63,607 nt of DNA, filler included, from Octopus bimaculoides (GCF_001194135.2; 5 parts of 4 records of this genome joined end to end with filler, not necessarily neighbours in it), one strand, 5' to 3'. Shown: positions 14,102-29,085, numbered from the whole stretch's first letter. A program made the numbers and translations. Notes: generated by a model from the letters alone, not told the origin.

Positions 14102-14907
14102 AAATAAATAATAAATAATATATATATATATATATGTATATATATGGGTACAGGATGTCACCAACGTTGCAAATAACATATGTAAAAAAAAGCGAGTTAA
14201 ATACGTACACATACACACATACATACATACATACATACATATACATACATTCATGCATGCATATAAACATACATTGACAGGTACACACATATACATATAG
14301 AACATCGATTTTCTCGAACTTTTGCATCAAAAACCTTTCCGGATTGCTGATTTTTCCGAACCAGGGTGGTTACTTTGATCATCATACTCTAAATCAAACA
14401 AATTTAAAATGTATTTAAATAATTAAATGAACTACAAGTACATGCACATTAGTCTAAATAATACAAGTGTATTAATAATGTACAGTGCAAAATATTAGTC
14501 CGTGCAAGACCTTCAGGGAACTAGTCTAGCGGCTGCGGGTATTTGAAGTTCTTCCTCATAAATCAGTGCAGATTATAAGAGGTTCCTGAATATTAATGTC
14601 CGGAAAGTTGGTTCTGTACATGTAGAGTCTTTTAGTCCGGAGGGAAAGCCATGCCCTGGACAGAAAGAACGTGTTTCTCAAACCTGCTCAAATACTCACA
14701 AGAGATTGGTGTTCTCCATAGGCACTCAAAGTGCCAGGTGATGAAGTTAAAATGGGGGACGGATTCACTCTACCATCCTTGTAAACCACGGTGGAATTTG
14801 GACTCAGAACACAAAAGGACCGAACTAATAGAGCAAGGTATCTGGTCCGATATTCTTAGTTTCGCTAATCCATCTCCCGGGACTATTACTTTCGTTATCG
14901 ACCTCGA

Positions 14908-15165
14908 GAGAATGAAAGGCCCGTATGTGATGCTGAAGTAAAACGCTTTGAAACCGAACGCTGGAGACTGCATGAAGAGAAGCGGAAACGTCGATATCAA
15001 TACTCTAAGGATGATGTCCGGGGTCGCTTTCAGTGCCTTAAATGCCACAGAATCTGTATATCTCATATCAGTCTTGTCAGTCACATCAGCCACCATGAGT
15101 GATAATGTGCCACAAAGGGAGAAATATGGATGTTACTGATCGACGCTGTCGTTACCTTTGATGAG
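14908..15165 (+). mobile_element. 3' end of a second RTE-type LINE family with a C-terminal C2H2 finger
   Basis: RFETERWRLHEEKRKRRYQ...FQCLKCHRICISHISLVSHISHH; the 3'UTR gatcgacgctgtc...ctttgatgagcc is shared with 25790-26075. Confidence 0.7.
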
Positions 15166-15593
15166 CCAGTATTTGAACTCAAATCAAACATAGCCGGAAC
15201 AGTAATCGCTCGGCATTTTATCCAAGGTGTAAGAGCCACTGTCAAATTCACTGCATCAAACTATATATCTGAAGAATAAGACACTTACTGTCGGTAAGTT
15301 GATTTGATTTATAAATATGACAGTTATATAATAATTTTCTCGAAGATCACTTGACCAAGGTTTAGTTAATCTTCCAATTATATGGAATATAACGAGTGTT
15401 ACTAAGCAAGAATTGCGAGAGTGAAGCAGTCACAAATAAGCACTGATTTAGACTCAATTGCTATAATTTCGTAAGAATGGCACAAGAGGTCTGCAATATA
15501 GATCATTACTGACTAACAGTATTGTTTCACTATAATGTCGGATGCATATACTCGTTTTAATTTGATATTTCAATCTTGGCCATGATATATGTA

Positions 15594-15647
<54 letters not shown>

Positions 15648-16458
15648 ATGCCGGTGAACAGGTGTGGTCGCCGTTTGTGCGGCGCGCTTTCCTGCAGATC
15701 GTCTCCTTGGCCGAACTGCAGTCGTGGATCAAACAGAGACCGAGGCTAGGCGAATGGCATCGCGAGTGTCGCGTTGCTCTCAAGCAACTCTGCCGTCCGG
15801 GATCAAACTTGTGCGACTTCATTACAACAAAGGCTTTCTATGCAGAATCAGTGGAAGGGAGGTGCGGCGACGTTCTCGGGCAGAATCTTGGCGTCAACTA
15901 TGAACACCTTACCCGCCTGTTCAGGACAACATTCGGGCCGGAACTTATGGACAATCACCAAAGATCCCTGGCCTGTTCGGGATAAGCTCTACAGGCATGG
16001 TTCGAGACAAACTGGACCGACTTGCCCGAGACACGGTCAGAGCGACGAAACCGTTCTGCACGCACACGTGCAGCTTCCAACAGTTTCGGAACTGTGAGCT
16101 TATGCCGAACAGCTGCTGCCTCGTGTGGGACGAGTCCACCTGTCGGCCGAGTCTATCGTGACAAATGCTCCGCCACCTTCCCTCAACCGGGAAGGCAAGG
16201 CAGTCTTCATCGTACTGGTGGCCATGGAGAAAAGATGTGTGTGGTGGACTCGAGCGAAAGGATTAGAGACAAACACTTACCTCTCTGGCCAATCGCTCAT
16301 CAACTTTTTCAAGTACCACTTGAAAAGGAATGTGAGAATGGCGACGCAGGTTTTGTCTCGTGAAAGTTAAAAAAAAAAAAAGGTGTGTGAATGTAGCAAA
16401 GATGGTGCGTGCGAGCGACGAAATCACTTTGAGCATAATCCTGTAAATCGAAGAGAGG

Positions 16459-16460
<2 letters not shown>
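15648..16460 (+). mobile_element. Tx1/L1-clade LINE ORF2 3' fragment (zf-RVT region), frameshifted
   Basis: GC-rich island. Across shifting frames it gives WPVRDKLYRHGS..GPTCPRHGQSDETVLHAHVQ (CCHC zf-RVT), VGRVHLSAESIV...FIVLVAMEKRCVWWTRAKG...FFKYHLKR and [22 protein letters not shown] (stop at 16444-16446). Confidence 0.8.
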
Positions 16461-16552
<92 letters not shown>

Positions 16553-16968
16553 TTTGCTCTCATGTGTTTATTCCCTCCCTGTATATGTGAGTTTGAGTGT
16601 TGTGTGTGTGCGTGTGTGTATGTATGTTGTGTTGTGTGTGTAGCAAAATGGTAAAAGGTTTACGGTGAATTTGCGGTGGGTGTGGATTTACCAGCGTTTC
16701 AGACAAAATAGTGTTTCAAGGTAAGTTGACAGGAGAGATAATAATGAAACAGCAGTTTTACATGATCTACGTTAGAGAACTTGGAACTTAACTGTCTTTC
16801 TGGAGAAGGACTTTGTCCGAAATGCTGGGTTTCCCTCTCCCAACGGCAAATTCACTGTACTCTCTTTAGTGATTTTACGAAATAAAACAAGTCTGGTCGT
16901 CGTAGACTAACGTCACTTGCTTTTGGGACCTACCTGATTACACAGACACACAGATACACAGACACACA

Positions 16969-17043
<75 letters not shown>

Positions 17044-17129
17044 CGCATGATTGCGTTGTTATAATTTCATATTCTTAATACAAAATAAGTACTTAGCATC
17101 AAAATCTACGTGTTGGGTCTGGCCTTATG

Positions 17130-17650
17130 TCAAATTTTAAAACCAGTATAAGTATTGAATCAAGTGGTTTTGACTAAAACCCTTCAAGACGCTGCTCTAG
17201 CATGGCCGCAGTCTAATTAATGAAATAAGTAAAGGAAAAGAAATAACTAGAGGATAAAAGACTACATTTCATATAAATTCATGCTTTGTTCAAATGCGTG
17301 GTAACTTGGACAAGTACCTTTTGCTATAGCACTGAGAGAATTTAGTAGACGAAACTGAAAGAAGCTCATCGTGAATGCTTCGTATATTTATATACATATA
17401 TGTGTGTGTGTCTTAGTGTTTTTGTATGTTCTCTCATGATAATTGGTGTTGTGCTTGCGTAGATTCCCCTCATGAAAACCAGTGTCGTAACGATCCCGTA
17501 ACTACTTGGCTGTTTGGCAAAAAAGACCGATAAAATAAGTAACAAACTTAAAATTATAGGGATCGATTTTTTCGACGAAAATCTCCAAGGTGGTGCATCA
17601 GCCTGACCACAATCCAGTGAATGAAATAATAAAAGCTAAAAGATACATAA
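17130..17650 (+). mobile_element. Degenerate dominant-SINE fragments
   Basis: ctagcatggccgcagtc; gacgaaactgaaagaagc; aaaaagaccgataaaataagta. Confidence 0.6.
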
Positions 17651-18031
17651 AGTATATGCTTTTGTTCAATATCCGTTAAATTTGATATAACGTTTTCTCC
17701 TGTCATTTAGAGTAATTCTTCAAATTTCTGTTTCGAGTTTTGCTCTACATTCTTCATGAATCATTTTATTTTCTTTCAGTTTTTCGCAATTTTTCATATT
17801 CTTTTTTTTTTTACCTCGAACTCTACCTCTGTTTCTATTTTTTTCTTTTCGAATTAATTTCCGGCAACTCTTTCTTTCTGTAATTCACGGTGGACATCGA
17901 CGTTTCTTGAAAAATTTTCGTCTACTTTTTTCGGTTCGAAACCATTTACTTTTTATGTGATTCAGAGCTTCACCGGTTTGATTTGCAATTACTGTTATTC
18001 TCGTTTACTACCATCACTCATGTTCTTCGTT

Positions 18032-18076
<45 letters not shown>

Positions 18077-20908
18077 NNNNNNNNNNNNNNNNNNNNNNNN
18101 NNNNNNNNNNNNNNNNNNNNNNNNNNNNNNNNNNNNNNNNNNNNNNNNNNNNNNNNNNNNNNNNNNNNNNNNNNNNNNNNNNNNNNNNNNNNNNNNNNNN
18201 NNNNNNNNNNNNNNNNNNNNNNNNNNNNNNNNNNNNNNNNNNNNNNNNNNNNNNNNNNNNNNNNNNNNNNNNNNNNNNNNNNNNNNNNNNNNNNNNNNNN
18301 NNNNNNNNNNNNNNNNNNNNNNNNNNNNNNNNNNNNNNNNNNNNNNNNNNNNNTCTATTTTTTTTTATATATTCGCTTGAAAACGTTTTATTTCTTAACG
18401 TGGGAGGTAAATATTTTTTTTTATAATGTATTTATATATAAATATATGAAATTAAAGATGCAAAATTATGTTTTCACATAAAAAAAGTTTTCATATAAAA
18501 CAGTTTTACTGAAAAAAATTTCAATACATCTTTCCACAAACCGAATTTTATGATAAAAGAAAATTACATTTTACTAAAGAGTTTTCATATAAAAAAGTTT
18601 TACTGAGTAAATATTAGTGCATGTTTTCAAATAAGAAATTTTATAGAATAAGGAAAATCACATTTTACTAACTGGCTTCTGCTGTTTTGTAGCCTATTAA
18701 ACTTTAAAGTTTGTTCTTCAATGCAATTTGTAGTCCATGTAGTGTAGGAAACACGTAGGATTAATTGTAAATAAAAATGTCGCTTACGTCATTTTCCAGA
18801 CAAGGAATATAATTGTCCCTTTTGTTTCTCGCTTTCCCCCCTCTCTCTACACACACGCACACACAAACACACACACACAAACACACACACACACACACNN
18901 NNNNNNNNATGCCTTGGGAGATTTTCGGAATAGCACACCCGCATAAGTTGAATTTTCTCCGTTTCGACAAATATTTTCAAATTTGTTTTTCACTAAACTT
19001 TTGCAAATGATGGGGAGAAGCTTTTTATTCCAAAAAAGTTTTGAAAATTTATGAATCCCTCACCCTCCCGGACCGATTTTGTCTAATAATTTCTTCTCAT
19101 TTTTTTTTTTACACAACACGCTTCAAAATAATGGGGGACGTCTTCACGATAAAAAATAAGAAATTTGAATTTATGAATTTTTCAAGCTCACCTTCTCCAC
19201 CCCGTTCCAATTTTTGGTTACCTATTTTTTTACACTACCCACTTAAAACGATAGAAGAAGCATTGAATGCTAAAAGAAAATGTTGGATATCAGCGATCGC
19301 CATTACAATCCCCACTTCTTTTATTTTTAAATAGAAAATGAAATGTAATTTAAAAATAATAGTGAATTTTTTGTTTCATTACCTCATCCCCACAAATCCC
19401 AAAATGTCGGCTTTATATTCGAAATTTGTTTTTAATCAGTGTTAAATTACGGAGAGTTCAAATCTGCGTTTGGTTTCTGTTTATAACTTAACTTCAAATT
19501 AATTTTCAGACGAAAAGGTGTGTTATTTAAAAGAGATTTAGCTGTTGTTTCCAGCACATACCACAACCACCTTGTAGCTTCCCGTTTTTGTGTCACTTTG
19601 ATGTTTTTCTTTTTTTTCTCCCCATACACATATTTTATGGAGTGATGATGGGGTAGTCCATTGCTAGGATATAAACAACAACAAAAAGTTGGTTATTTAG
19701 ATCTTTAACCCTACACTGCATCAATAGAGTCCGTGTGTGCATGTGTGTAAGAAAACATATTTACTAGCTGAAAAGTATGCTGTTAAAATAAATTATCTTT
19801 TACATGCTTTTTAAAAAATAACTATCGCCCTAACGAAATCTTACATATTTACTGCCAAACACATACACTCAGTGTTAGCGATAAACTTTTATAGAGTGAC
19901 AAAGTTTACCATGAGAAAGTGAAAGAGGCAGATAAATTAGTGAGGCAGACAAACGTAGAAATAAAAATGAAAATAGGAATGAAAAATTATGAATGAAAAA
20001 ATAAAGAATGAAAAAAATTATTAAGAATAAAAGATTAAACTTTATATATACTAAGTTTAAATAAAAAAACCTTTAACGATATTAATCAAAAATAATCGAA
20101 AATATATCAACACTATTCAAATAGAAGTCTTATATTATGTTGAAATGATACTCTAACTTCTAAATAATTTAGTGTTTGTAGAAATAAGTATTCTTGTAGT
20201 TTTCTATTATTCAATTGATTTTTAATGATAATTAAATAAAAGTTTTTAGTTTTAAATAGTCTAGCTTTAACTATTACACCGGTTAAATATGTACTAATAT
20301 TATCTTTATTATTATTTTAACCTTAAACTTCGTTCAAATTGTATTTAAAACGATAATAATTTATGTAAGCTGTTTTTTGTATATAATATACATGTTAGCA
20401 TATATTATAATGGATGTAGGGATGATTATGGAATGTTTATTATTTTTGATATTTTTAATAATTTTTCTATCTTTATAAAATAAGTATTTTATATAAAATC
20501 ATTTGGTACTTATTATTGGTTGATATATATATTTATTTATTATAATTATTGTTCTATTTAAGACCTGACGATTAGCTGTATTTTTGAATAGAATTTATTT
20601 TCGATAATTTTAATTGATTTTAATTGATTTAAATTTCCTTTCTATTTGAAAATTAGTTATGAAACACGTGTAGTCATTTTATTATCTTTATCTTATGATA
20701 TTTACTTTGTATTATATTATACTCATTTATTGTGCTTTTAATTATTAATTTTTCTATATGTGATAGGGGATTTTCATCGATGAGTTCATGAAACTTGGTT
20801 CTTTTCCCTAAATCTCTCTCTCTCTCTCTNNNNNNNNNNNNNNNNNNNNNNNNNNNNNNNNNNNNNNNNNNNNNNNNNNNNNNNNNNNNNNNNNNNNNNN
20901 NNNNNNNN

Positions 20909-20957
<49 letters not shown>

Positions 20958-20988
20958 GTATGTATACTTTATAAAGTGATATTTATAA

Positions 20989-21140
20989 AGTACTCAGGAT
21001 ACAGAAACAGCCACTTAAATTTCGTACAGCTGGATGCCGATTGCGCACAGGAAGAGTGCAATTTTTTATGCATTCTTCCTGCGTATAATCGACATTCATC
21101 TGAACGAAACTTAAGTAGCAGTTTCTATATCCTGAGTACT
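20989..21140. repeat. Ungapped 72-bp inverted repeat with an 8-nt loop
   Basis: By hand on the + strand: 59 Watson-Crick pairs, 4 G-U pairs and 9 mismatches; loop atttttta. Confidence 0.85.
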
Positions 21141-21611
21141 GTATAAAGACCGCAATGACTATGTGTATATGTAAATAAATATATAGTATGGAATGTTATT
21201 GCAAAATCATAGTGTGACGCAATATAAATGTATTAAAAAGAGAAGTGACTATATAGAAACTTAAAGAATATATGCATACATAATATAAGACTTACGCATA
21301 CAAAACATACATTCGTGTATATGTATGTATGTAATTATGTATGTGAATAAATATCTTCTCTTCAACAAAATGCTTAAGCAAGTTTATTCGAGGAAAAATC
21401 GATCGATATTGACTCAGCGTTTTATGCAATTCTCCAATTCTTCTTCCTTGCGGTCGCAATTTCCATGTTGGAGTAATCTAGTTGATATTTGACTCTGTCG
21501 ATATTTAATGACTCTATAACAATAATGCAAGGAACTGCATCCTCCCCCGTCCTCTTCCTTATCTTCGTCACCATCATAGTCGTCATCATCACGATCATCA
21601 CCAACATCGTC

Positions 21612-21653
<42 letters not shown>

Positions 21654-21784
21654 GCTGTTGTTAATAATATTATCGCCACCGTTATGAGCTTTCGATGAAA
21701 GTTATTCCTGCTATATGCATTTCAGGAAAGCTTTGTAAAATAGTCACTATTGTATATTCGTATACCTACACAAACACATACCTA

Positions 21785-21821
<37 letters not shown>

Positions 21822-21907
21822 ACACACACACATATATATATATATATACATATATACATAAATTTATGTACACATAAATTATATATATGTATATATATAT
21901 ATATATG

Positions 21908-21957
<50 letters not shown>

Positions 21958-22047
21958 CATATATCTATACACATGAATATATATGTATAAATAAGTGTAT
22001 ATACATATACCTACACACATATCTAGAAATGTATATCTGCATGCATG

Positions 22048-22085
<38 letters not shown>

Positions 22086-22379
22086 TAGGAAAATAGTTTT
22101 CTGTTCAAGGAAGCAGTCTCCTATAAACATTTCAGCTTTGTCTATTATTCTAAACAAATGAATAAATCTAATTCGCAATGGAAGTGCTTTGATGATAGGC
22201 GAAATGATCCATTTTCTTCGCAGTTTTCAATACTTAAAAGTCACATATGCACTGCAAAAGAGAATAAGGAAAGTAATACAACTTCCAGACACACGTATGT
22301 TATACACCTCTTCGTGAATGCACAGAAACACACGCATATGCATACATGCATAGGTACATACATATACGTATACATGCAT

Positions 22380-22436
<57 letters not shown>

Positions 22437-24742
22437 CATATGTACATATATATTATATATATATATGTGTATATATACATATGTAAATATATATTATATA
22501 TACATATACATTATATATATGTACATATATATACATACACGTATATGACTATAAATGTATATAGTTCTACGCACACAAATATAGATATACATACATATAT
22601 AGATATATGTATATACATACATAGAAATATATGTACATATATACATAAATATACAAAAATATACATATATATGTATATATATAGGCGCATGCATATNNNN
22701 NNNNNNNNNNNNNNNNNNNNNNNNNNNNNNNNNNNNNNNNNNNNNNNNNNNNNNNNNNNNNNNNNNNNNNNNNNNNNNNNNNNNNNNNNNNNNNNNNNNN
22801 NNNNNNNNNNNNNNNNNNNNNNNNNNNNNNNNNNNNNNNNNNNNNNNNNNNNNNNNNNNNNNNNNNNNNNNNNNNNNNNNNNNNNNNNNNNNNNNNNNNN
22901 NNNNNNNNNNNNNNNNNNNNNNNNNNNNNNNNNNNNNNNNNNNNNNNNNNNNNNNNNNNNNNNNNNNNNNNNNNNNNNNNNNNNNNNNNNNNNNNNNNNN
23001 NNNNNNNNNNNNNNNNNNNNNNNNNNNNNNNNNNNNNNNNNNNNNNNNNNNNNNNNNNNNNNNNNNNNNNNNGTATAGAAATCATATGAGGTAGCATATA
23101 GGGCACGTGGAGTAGAAACCATGTCTCCAAAAAAAGGTCATTCAGAGACACCTCTCCGGACCCAAGGTAGAGGGGGCCTTTTAGCTACTAAAGTGCTCGT
23201 CTAATATAAGGTAGCTTTATGCAAGTTTTTCCTCCTGATATCTAGGAAAATTTATGAAGTAATTTCTAAGGGGCCTTAAATACTAAGGGGGATAATAAAT
23301 AAATGCGTAGGGTGAGGAATCTGTTATTATGTTATGAATACTTCTAAGATAAGGTTTTAATTGAAAAAAAAAAAAAAAAAATTATTATCTTTTGCGAAAT
23401 ATAGTTAAAGGGAGATAACCGTGCAAAATATTTAAACTTAAAAGTATACGGAAAGCAGTTAGCTTATACCAATGACTCCTCATACATTTCAACATTTCAA
23501 CATTTCAATATTAACATAAATAAGCTTTTAGAATAAATATCTGGTTATGAAATATAATATACAATGTATAACATATAACATATAAAATATAATGTATAAC
23601 ATACCACACAATATATTTTTTATTTATTTATTTATCCATATGATAGTATTTAATAAATAGATCTAGTTGATGTTTGTCAACTGATGTTTGTCAATTAGAT
23701 ATCTTCTCCATTTTCTTCCTTGCTTTAAAAATTCTGGATAAACTTTTGTTTACCTCCACTCATACCTATTATTCAATTGTACTATTGCCTTGCAACAGTA
23801 AGCATTTGGATATAAATAGGTATACCTCCAGTAGTATATTGTATATTTATTATCCCTTAGATGATTGTCTAGCCTCTAACTCATATATACATAATTATAT
23901 ATATANNNNNNNNNNNNNNNNNNNNNNNNNNNNNNNNNNNNNNNNNNNNNNNNNNNNNNNNNNNNNNNNNNNNNNNNNNNNNNNNNNNNNNNNNNNNNNN
24001 NNNNNNNNNNNNNNNNNNNNNNNNNNNNNNNNNNNNNNNNNNNNNNNNNNNNNNNNNNNNNNNNNNNNNNNNNNNNNNNNNNNNNNNNNNNNNNNNNNNN
24101 NNNNNNNNNNNNNNNNNNNNNNNNNNNNNNNNNNNNNNNNNNNNNNNNNNNNNNNNNNNNNNNNNNNNNNNNNNNNNNNNNNNNNNNNNNNNNNNNNNNN
24201 NNNNNNNNNNNNNNNNNNNNNNNNNNNNNNNNNNNNNNNNNNNNNNNNNNNNNNNNNNNNNNNNNNNNNNNNNNNNNNNNNNNNNNNNNNNNNNNNNNNN
24301 NNNNNNNNNNNNNNNNNNNNNNNNNNNNNNNNNNNNNNNNNNNNNNNNNNNNNNNNNNNNNNNNNNNNNNNNNNNNNNNNNNNNNNNNNNNNNNNNNNNN
24401 NNNNNNNNNNNNNNNNNNNNNNNNNNNNNNNNNNNNNNNNNNNNNNNNNNNNNNNNNNNNNNNNNNNNNNNNNNNNNNNNNNNNNNNNNNNNNNNNNNNN
24501 NNNNNNNNNNNNNNNNNNNNNNNNNNNNNNNNNNNNNNNNNNNNNNNNNNNNNNNNNNNNNNNNNNNNNNNNNNNNNNNNNNNNNNNNNNNNNNNNNNNN
24601 NNNNNNNNNNNNNNNNNNNNNNNNNNNNNNNNNNNNNNNNNNNNNNNNNNNNNNNNNNNNNNNNNNNNNNNNNNNNNNNNNNNNNNNNNNNNNNNNNNNN
24701 NNNNNNNNNNNNNTATATATATATATATATATATATGTACTT

Positions 24743-24782
<40 letters not shown>

Positions 24783-25789
24783 CACATACACACACATGTA
24801 TGTTTGTCTATTGAGGTGATCTACATGTGTGTATATTTATATATATTCATATACACACGCATACACATACTCATAATTTATCTCTGCAAAACTTTCTTTT
24901 GTGAACAGTTCATTCTAACCTGTCAGTATTAAAATAACCTGCGTTATATATTACATATAATACGGATCTTAAACTAATTTCCACATTCGTCATATTGCTA
25001 TTTCATGTTTGTATTATGTTCTCCTGATTACAATTATGAAATTACACGCTTCCTTCATTAATAGATTTGTTTTAACATTTTCTATTTCCAGTCACACGGC
25101 ATAAATATTTTCAGAGTATAATTATTTTTCTCGCAACAACTAGATGCACAAACTGGAATTAATTTAATCAAAGTGCATGATAGAAAAATTCTATGTATTT
25201 CGATGTTAGATGTTTATGAAATCCCTGGAGCTATTTTGTTTTCAAATTCCTAGTTATTTGAGAAGATATATTTAGAAATAACAGAAACTTGGTAAGAGTG
25301 TTAAACAGAGGTTATTGCCAGTTCAGTAACTGTCTTTGTATAAAACTTGGGGAAACCATTCGCGCCTGGCTTCTTGCTTCTGTGAATGTTAGAAATGACA
25401 CTGTTTCGTCTGCAGCTAATATTGGAATTGAAATCAATTAGATTATATCAGATACCTGTATATATTTCTCTTGAAGTATATTCTAACTTTAAGCCGGAAT
25501 TTATGCATAAAATGCTTACTGATTTTTTGGAATGTATAGACCGGAAGCTTCACATTCTTAAACTAGAAAAGAGAAATTCATATGAATAAAAGCTGAAAAC
25601 CAAAGTTCAACAACTTTATGTATGTCAAATGACAGTTTATTAATCATACATGCTTAATATTATTGATTAAATATAAAGTTGAAAATGGTCGAACGAATGC
25701 ATTGTCAACTATTATTTGATGGCATAAAAGACGCACAGGTACATTTAGACGCACTCCAATTTCAGCAACACTCGCTTGCTTGTTTATGA

Positions 25790-26075
25790 CAGCCCATCAA
25801 AGGGGTTGACGGCGTCGATCCAAGACATTCATCCTTTTCCACCTCCAGCACATTGTTTCTCGTGGAAGCGGATGTGACTGACAAGACCGATACAAGATAG
25901 ACAATTCCTGTGGCAATGAGGACACCGAAAGTGACCCCGAAAAATAGCCGCAGGGTGTTGATAACGACGTCTCTTCCTCACTTCATACGGTCTCCTGCGT
26001 TCGGTTTCAAAGCGTTCAACTCCAACATCACACAAGGACCTCAACACTTTCCAATTAACAGCCAGAGGTTCCAAC
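25790..26075 (-). mobile_element. 3' end of an RTE-type LINE with a C-terminal C2H2 finger
   Basis: WKVLRSLCDVGVERFETERRRPYEVRKRRRYQ...FRCPHCHRNCLSCIGLVSHIRFH*; homologous to 14908-15165. Confidence 0.75.
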
Positions 26076-26371
26076 CAATTGGTTCAGCAGCACATGTTCC
26101 CGAGAAAAGTTTCTCATGCATTAAAACTTATGGGAGAGTTGGGGGAGGGGGGAAGTTTGCATATAGAACATGGAGTGATTTTTAAAGGGATTTTGTGGAC
26201 AAAAACTACGTCTGATGTGGCAACAAATAAGGTAGTCGGTTCAGCGCAGTGGAAAGTACCGAATCGGTAGAATCTTGGGATATTTAGTGGCATCACATTC
26301 TGAGATAACATCTCAATGAGATCACCTTTGCCTTTCAATCATTCCGGACGAATAAAACAAGGTGTTAGCCA

Positions 26372-26702
26372 GTAGTGAAGGGGCGTGGCTTAGTGGTTAG
26401 GGTATTCAGCAAATGATCGTAAGCTCCTGTGTTCGATTCCTGGCGGCGCCTTTTTGACCTTCAACAGACATTTTATTTCACGCTGCTCCAGTCCAATCAA
26501 CTGACAAAAATGAGTTATACCTGTAATTCAGACGGCCAGCCATGTCACACCCTGTGTCACGCTGAATCTTGCTGAGAACTACGTTAACAATACACGTGTC
26601 TCTGGAGTGCTCAGCTACTTTCACGTTAATTTCATGAGCAAGCTACTCCCTTGATCGATCGGATCAACTGGAACCCTCGTCGTCGCAACTGACGGAGTGC
26701 CA
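26372..26702 (+). mobile_element. Second tRNA-derived SINE family, full length
   Basis: A-box tggcttagtggt, B-box gttcgattcc, central ttcacgctgctccagtccaatcaactg and 3' ggatcaactggaaccctcgtcgtcgcaactgacggagtgcca. The same tail occurs at 57626-57683 and, in reverse, near 55310-55395. Confidence 0.8.
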
Positions 26703-26959
26703 CGAAATATATATCCATATATATCTATATAAGTCAGTAAATGGTGGGGTTGTGTTAACCGCACGTGGAGAAATAATAGGAAAATGAAAAAAAAGGCAGA
26801 ATGCTAAACTGGAAGCATATTTTAATAAAGATTTCTAACCGGTTTTTATTGCGAAGCAAATTATCAAGAAGAAGGAGAATGAAAATGTTTTTTACAAAGT
26901 ACAAAATGCAGAAAATAATATATAAAGAAAATAATATATAAAAAAATAAATATACCAAT

Positions 26960-27004
<45 letters not shown>

Positions 27005-27099
27005 GGCAAAATCAATAATAATTTTACCAGGCAGCCATGAGATCCTCCGATTCTGCTCAAATAACAGACCTAGTGGGACTATTCTTGTTGGATAAGTTC

Positions 27100-27483
27100 T
27101 TTTACTCTTTTACTTGTTTCAGTCATTTGACTGTGGCCATGCTGGAGCACCGCCTTTAGTAGAGCAATTCGACCCCAGGACTTATTCTTTGTAAGTCTAG
27201 TACTTAGTCTATCGGTCTCTTTTTGCGAACCACTAAGTTACAGGGACGTAAACACAACAGCATCGGTTGTCAAGCGATGTTGGGGGGAGGGACAAACACA
27301 GACATACACAGATACATATTTACATATATACGACGGGCTTCTTTCAGTTTCCGTCTACCAAATCCATTCACAAGGCTTTGGTCGGCCCGAGACTATAGTT
27401 GAAGACACTTCCCCAAGGTGCCACGCAGTGGGACTGAACTCGGAACCATGTGGTTCGTAAGCAAGCTACTTACCACAGAGCCG
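27100..27483 (-). mobile_element. Dominant tRNA-derived SINE, near full length
   Basis: Complete tail, body, microsatellite and tRNA head. Confidence 0.85.
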
Positions 27484-27792
27484 GGCACCAAGCTTAGAAA
27501 ACGTTGTCAAAATTGTTCAAACAGCTTGGAACTCGGAAGAAAAAGGAATAATAGTTTTAAAGTGCAGATACTATTCAAGCTCTAGCTGTAACAAATGTTC
27601 TCTTCAATTTTTTTCTTTGTATAATTCAGAACGTATATCAAATTGTCATCGAAGAATTAGTAATGTATTCGACATATTTTCACCCCTAAACTTAAGTTAA
27701 AAAAATATACAAAAATTCTCTTAATAGTAAAACATATAAATGTCATATTATCAACCAGAATTTCTAATGATTTTTCTCTTGGAACACTAGAA

Positions 27793-27823
<31 letters not shown>

Positions 27824-28067
27824 AAGCAAAAGTCAAAATGTCCTGAAAGTATCGAAATGATGTCCCGAATTGGGAGTTAATCCTGTTATTCTCCCATAAT
27901 CCTTCTTATAGATTAAATGTTAACATTTTGACAGTTCGTTAAATAATCTGAACATTTTCTCAAAATACTTAAAAATTCATTATATTTTAGACAGAAAGAA
28001 TACAGAGTTTATATGTATACACAGATACATACATACATGCATGCATATACATACATGCATACACACA

Positions 28068-28103
<36 letters not shown>

Positions 28104-28552
28104 NNNNNNNNNNNNNNNNNNNNNNNNNNNNNNNNNNNNNNNNNNNNNNNNNNNNNNNNNNNNNNNNNNNNNNNNNNNNNNNNNNNNNNNNNNNNNNNNN
28201 NNNNNNNNNNNNNNNNNNNNNNNNNNNNNNNNNNNNNNNNNNNNNNNNNNNNNNNNNNNNNNNNNNNNNNNNNNNNNNNNNNNNNNNNNNNNNNNNNNNN
28301 NNNNNNNNNNNNNNNNNNNNNNNNNNNNNNNNNNNNNNNNNNNNNNNNNNNNNNNNNNNNNNNNNNNNNNNNNNNNNNNNNNNNNNNNNNNNNNNNNNNN
28401 NNNNNNNNNNNNNNNNNNNNNNNNNNNNNNNNNNNNNNNNNNNNNNNNNNNNNNNNNNNNNNNNNNNNNNNNNNNNNNNNNNNNNNNNNNNNNNNNNNNN
28501 NNNNNNNNNNNNNNNNNNNNNNNNNNNNNNNNNNNNNNNNNNNNNNNNNNNN

Positions 28553-28613
<61 letters not shown>

Positions 28614-28978
28614 CATATATTTACATATTCATTATATATATATATATACATATACACACACACACATATATATATGTACATACATACACACATATATACA
28701 TAAATACACACATACATACATACATACATATAGATATATATGCCTCCTTGGTGTTGTGTGCATTTATATATTTCATAAACTTCTTATCTATATGCACAAA
28801 CACATATGCAGCACACTGACGCATACACACATGTACACATAGATGCGAATATGTGTGTGTGTGTGTGTGTGTGTATCTTTGTATGCTCATAGATAAACAT
28901 AGATGTTTATATACGAAAAGTATATTGATAGATGAGCAGAAAATGCGAATTAGAGAGAGAGAGAGGGAAAGAGAAAAT

Positions 28979-29085
<107 letters not shown>

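Noticed and set aside
15662-16370. GC-rich intronless ORFs suggesting a host or horizontally acquired gene
   Set aside because: Stitched across frameshifts they give a Tx1/L1 ORF2 C-terminus with zf-RVT.
16368-16381. A-run as the poly(A) tail of the Tx1 element, and (GA)n as a sequence-specific target
   Set aside because: The ORF continues past the A-run to a stop at 16446. The GA tract grows out of a purine-rich 3'UTR and no TSD is visible.
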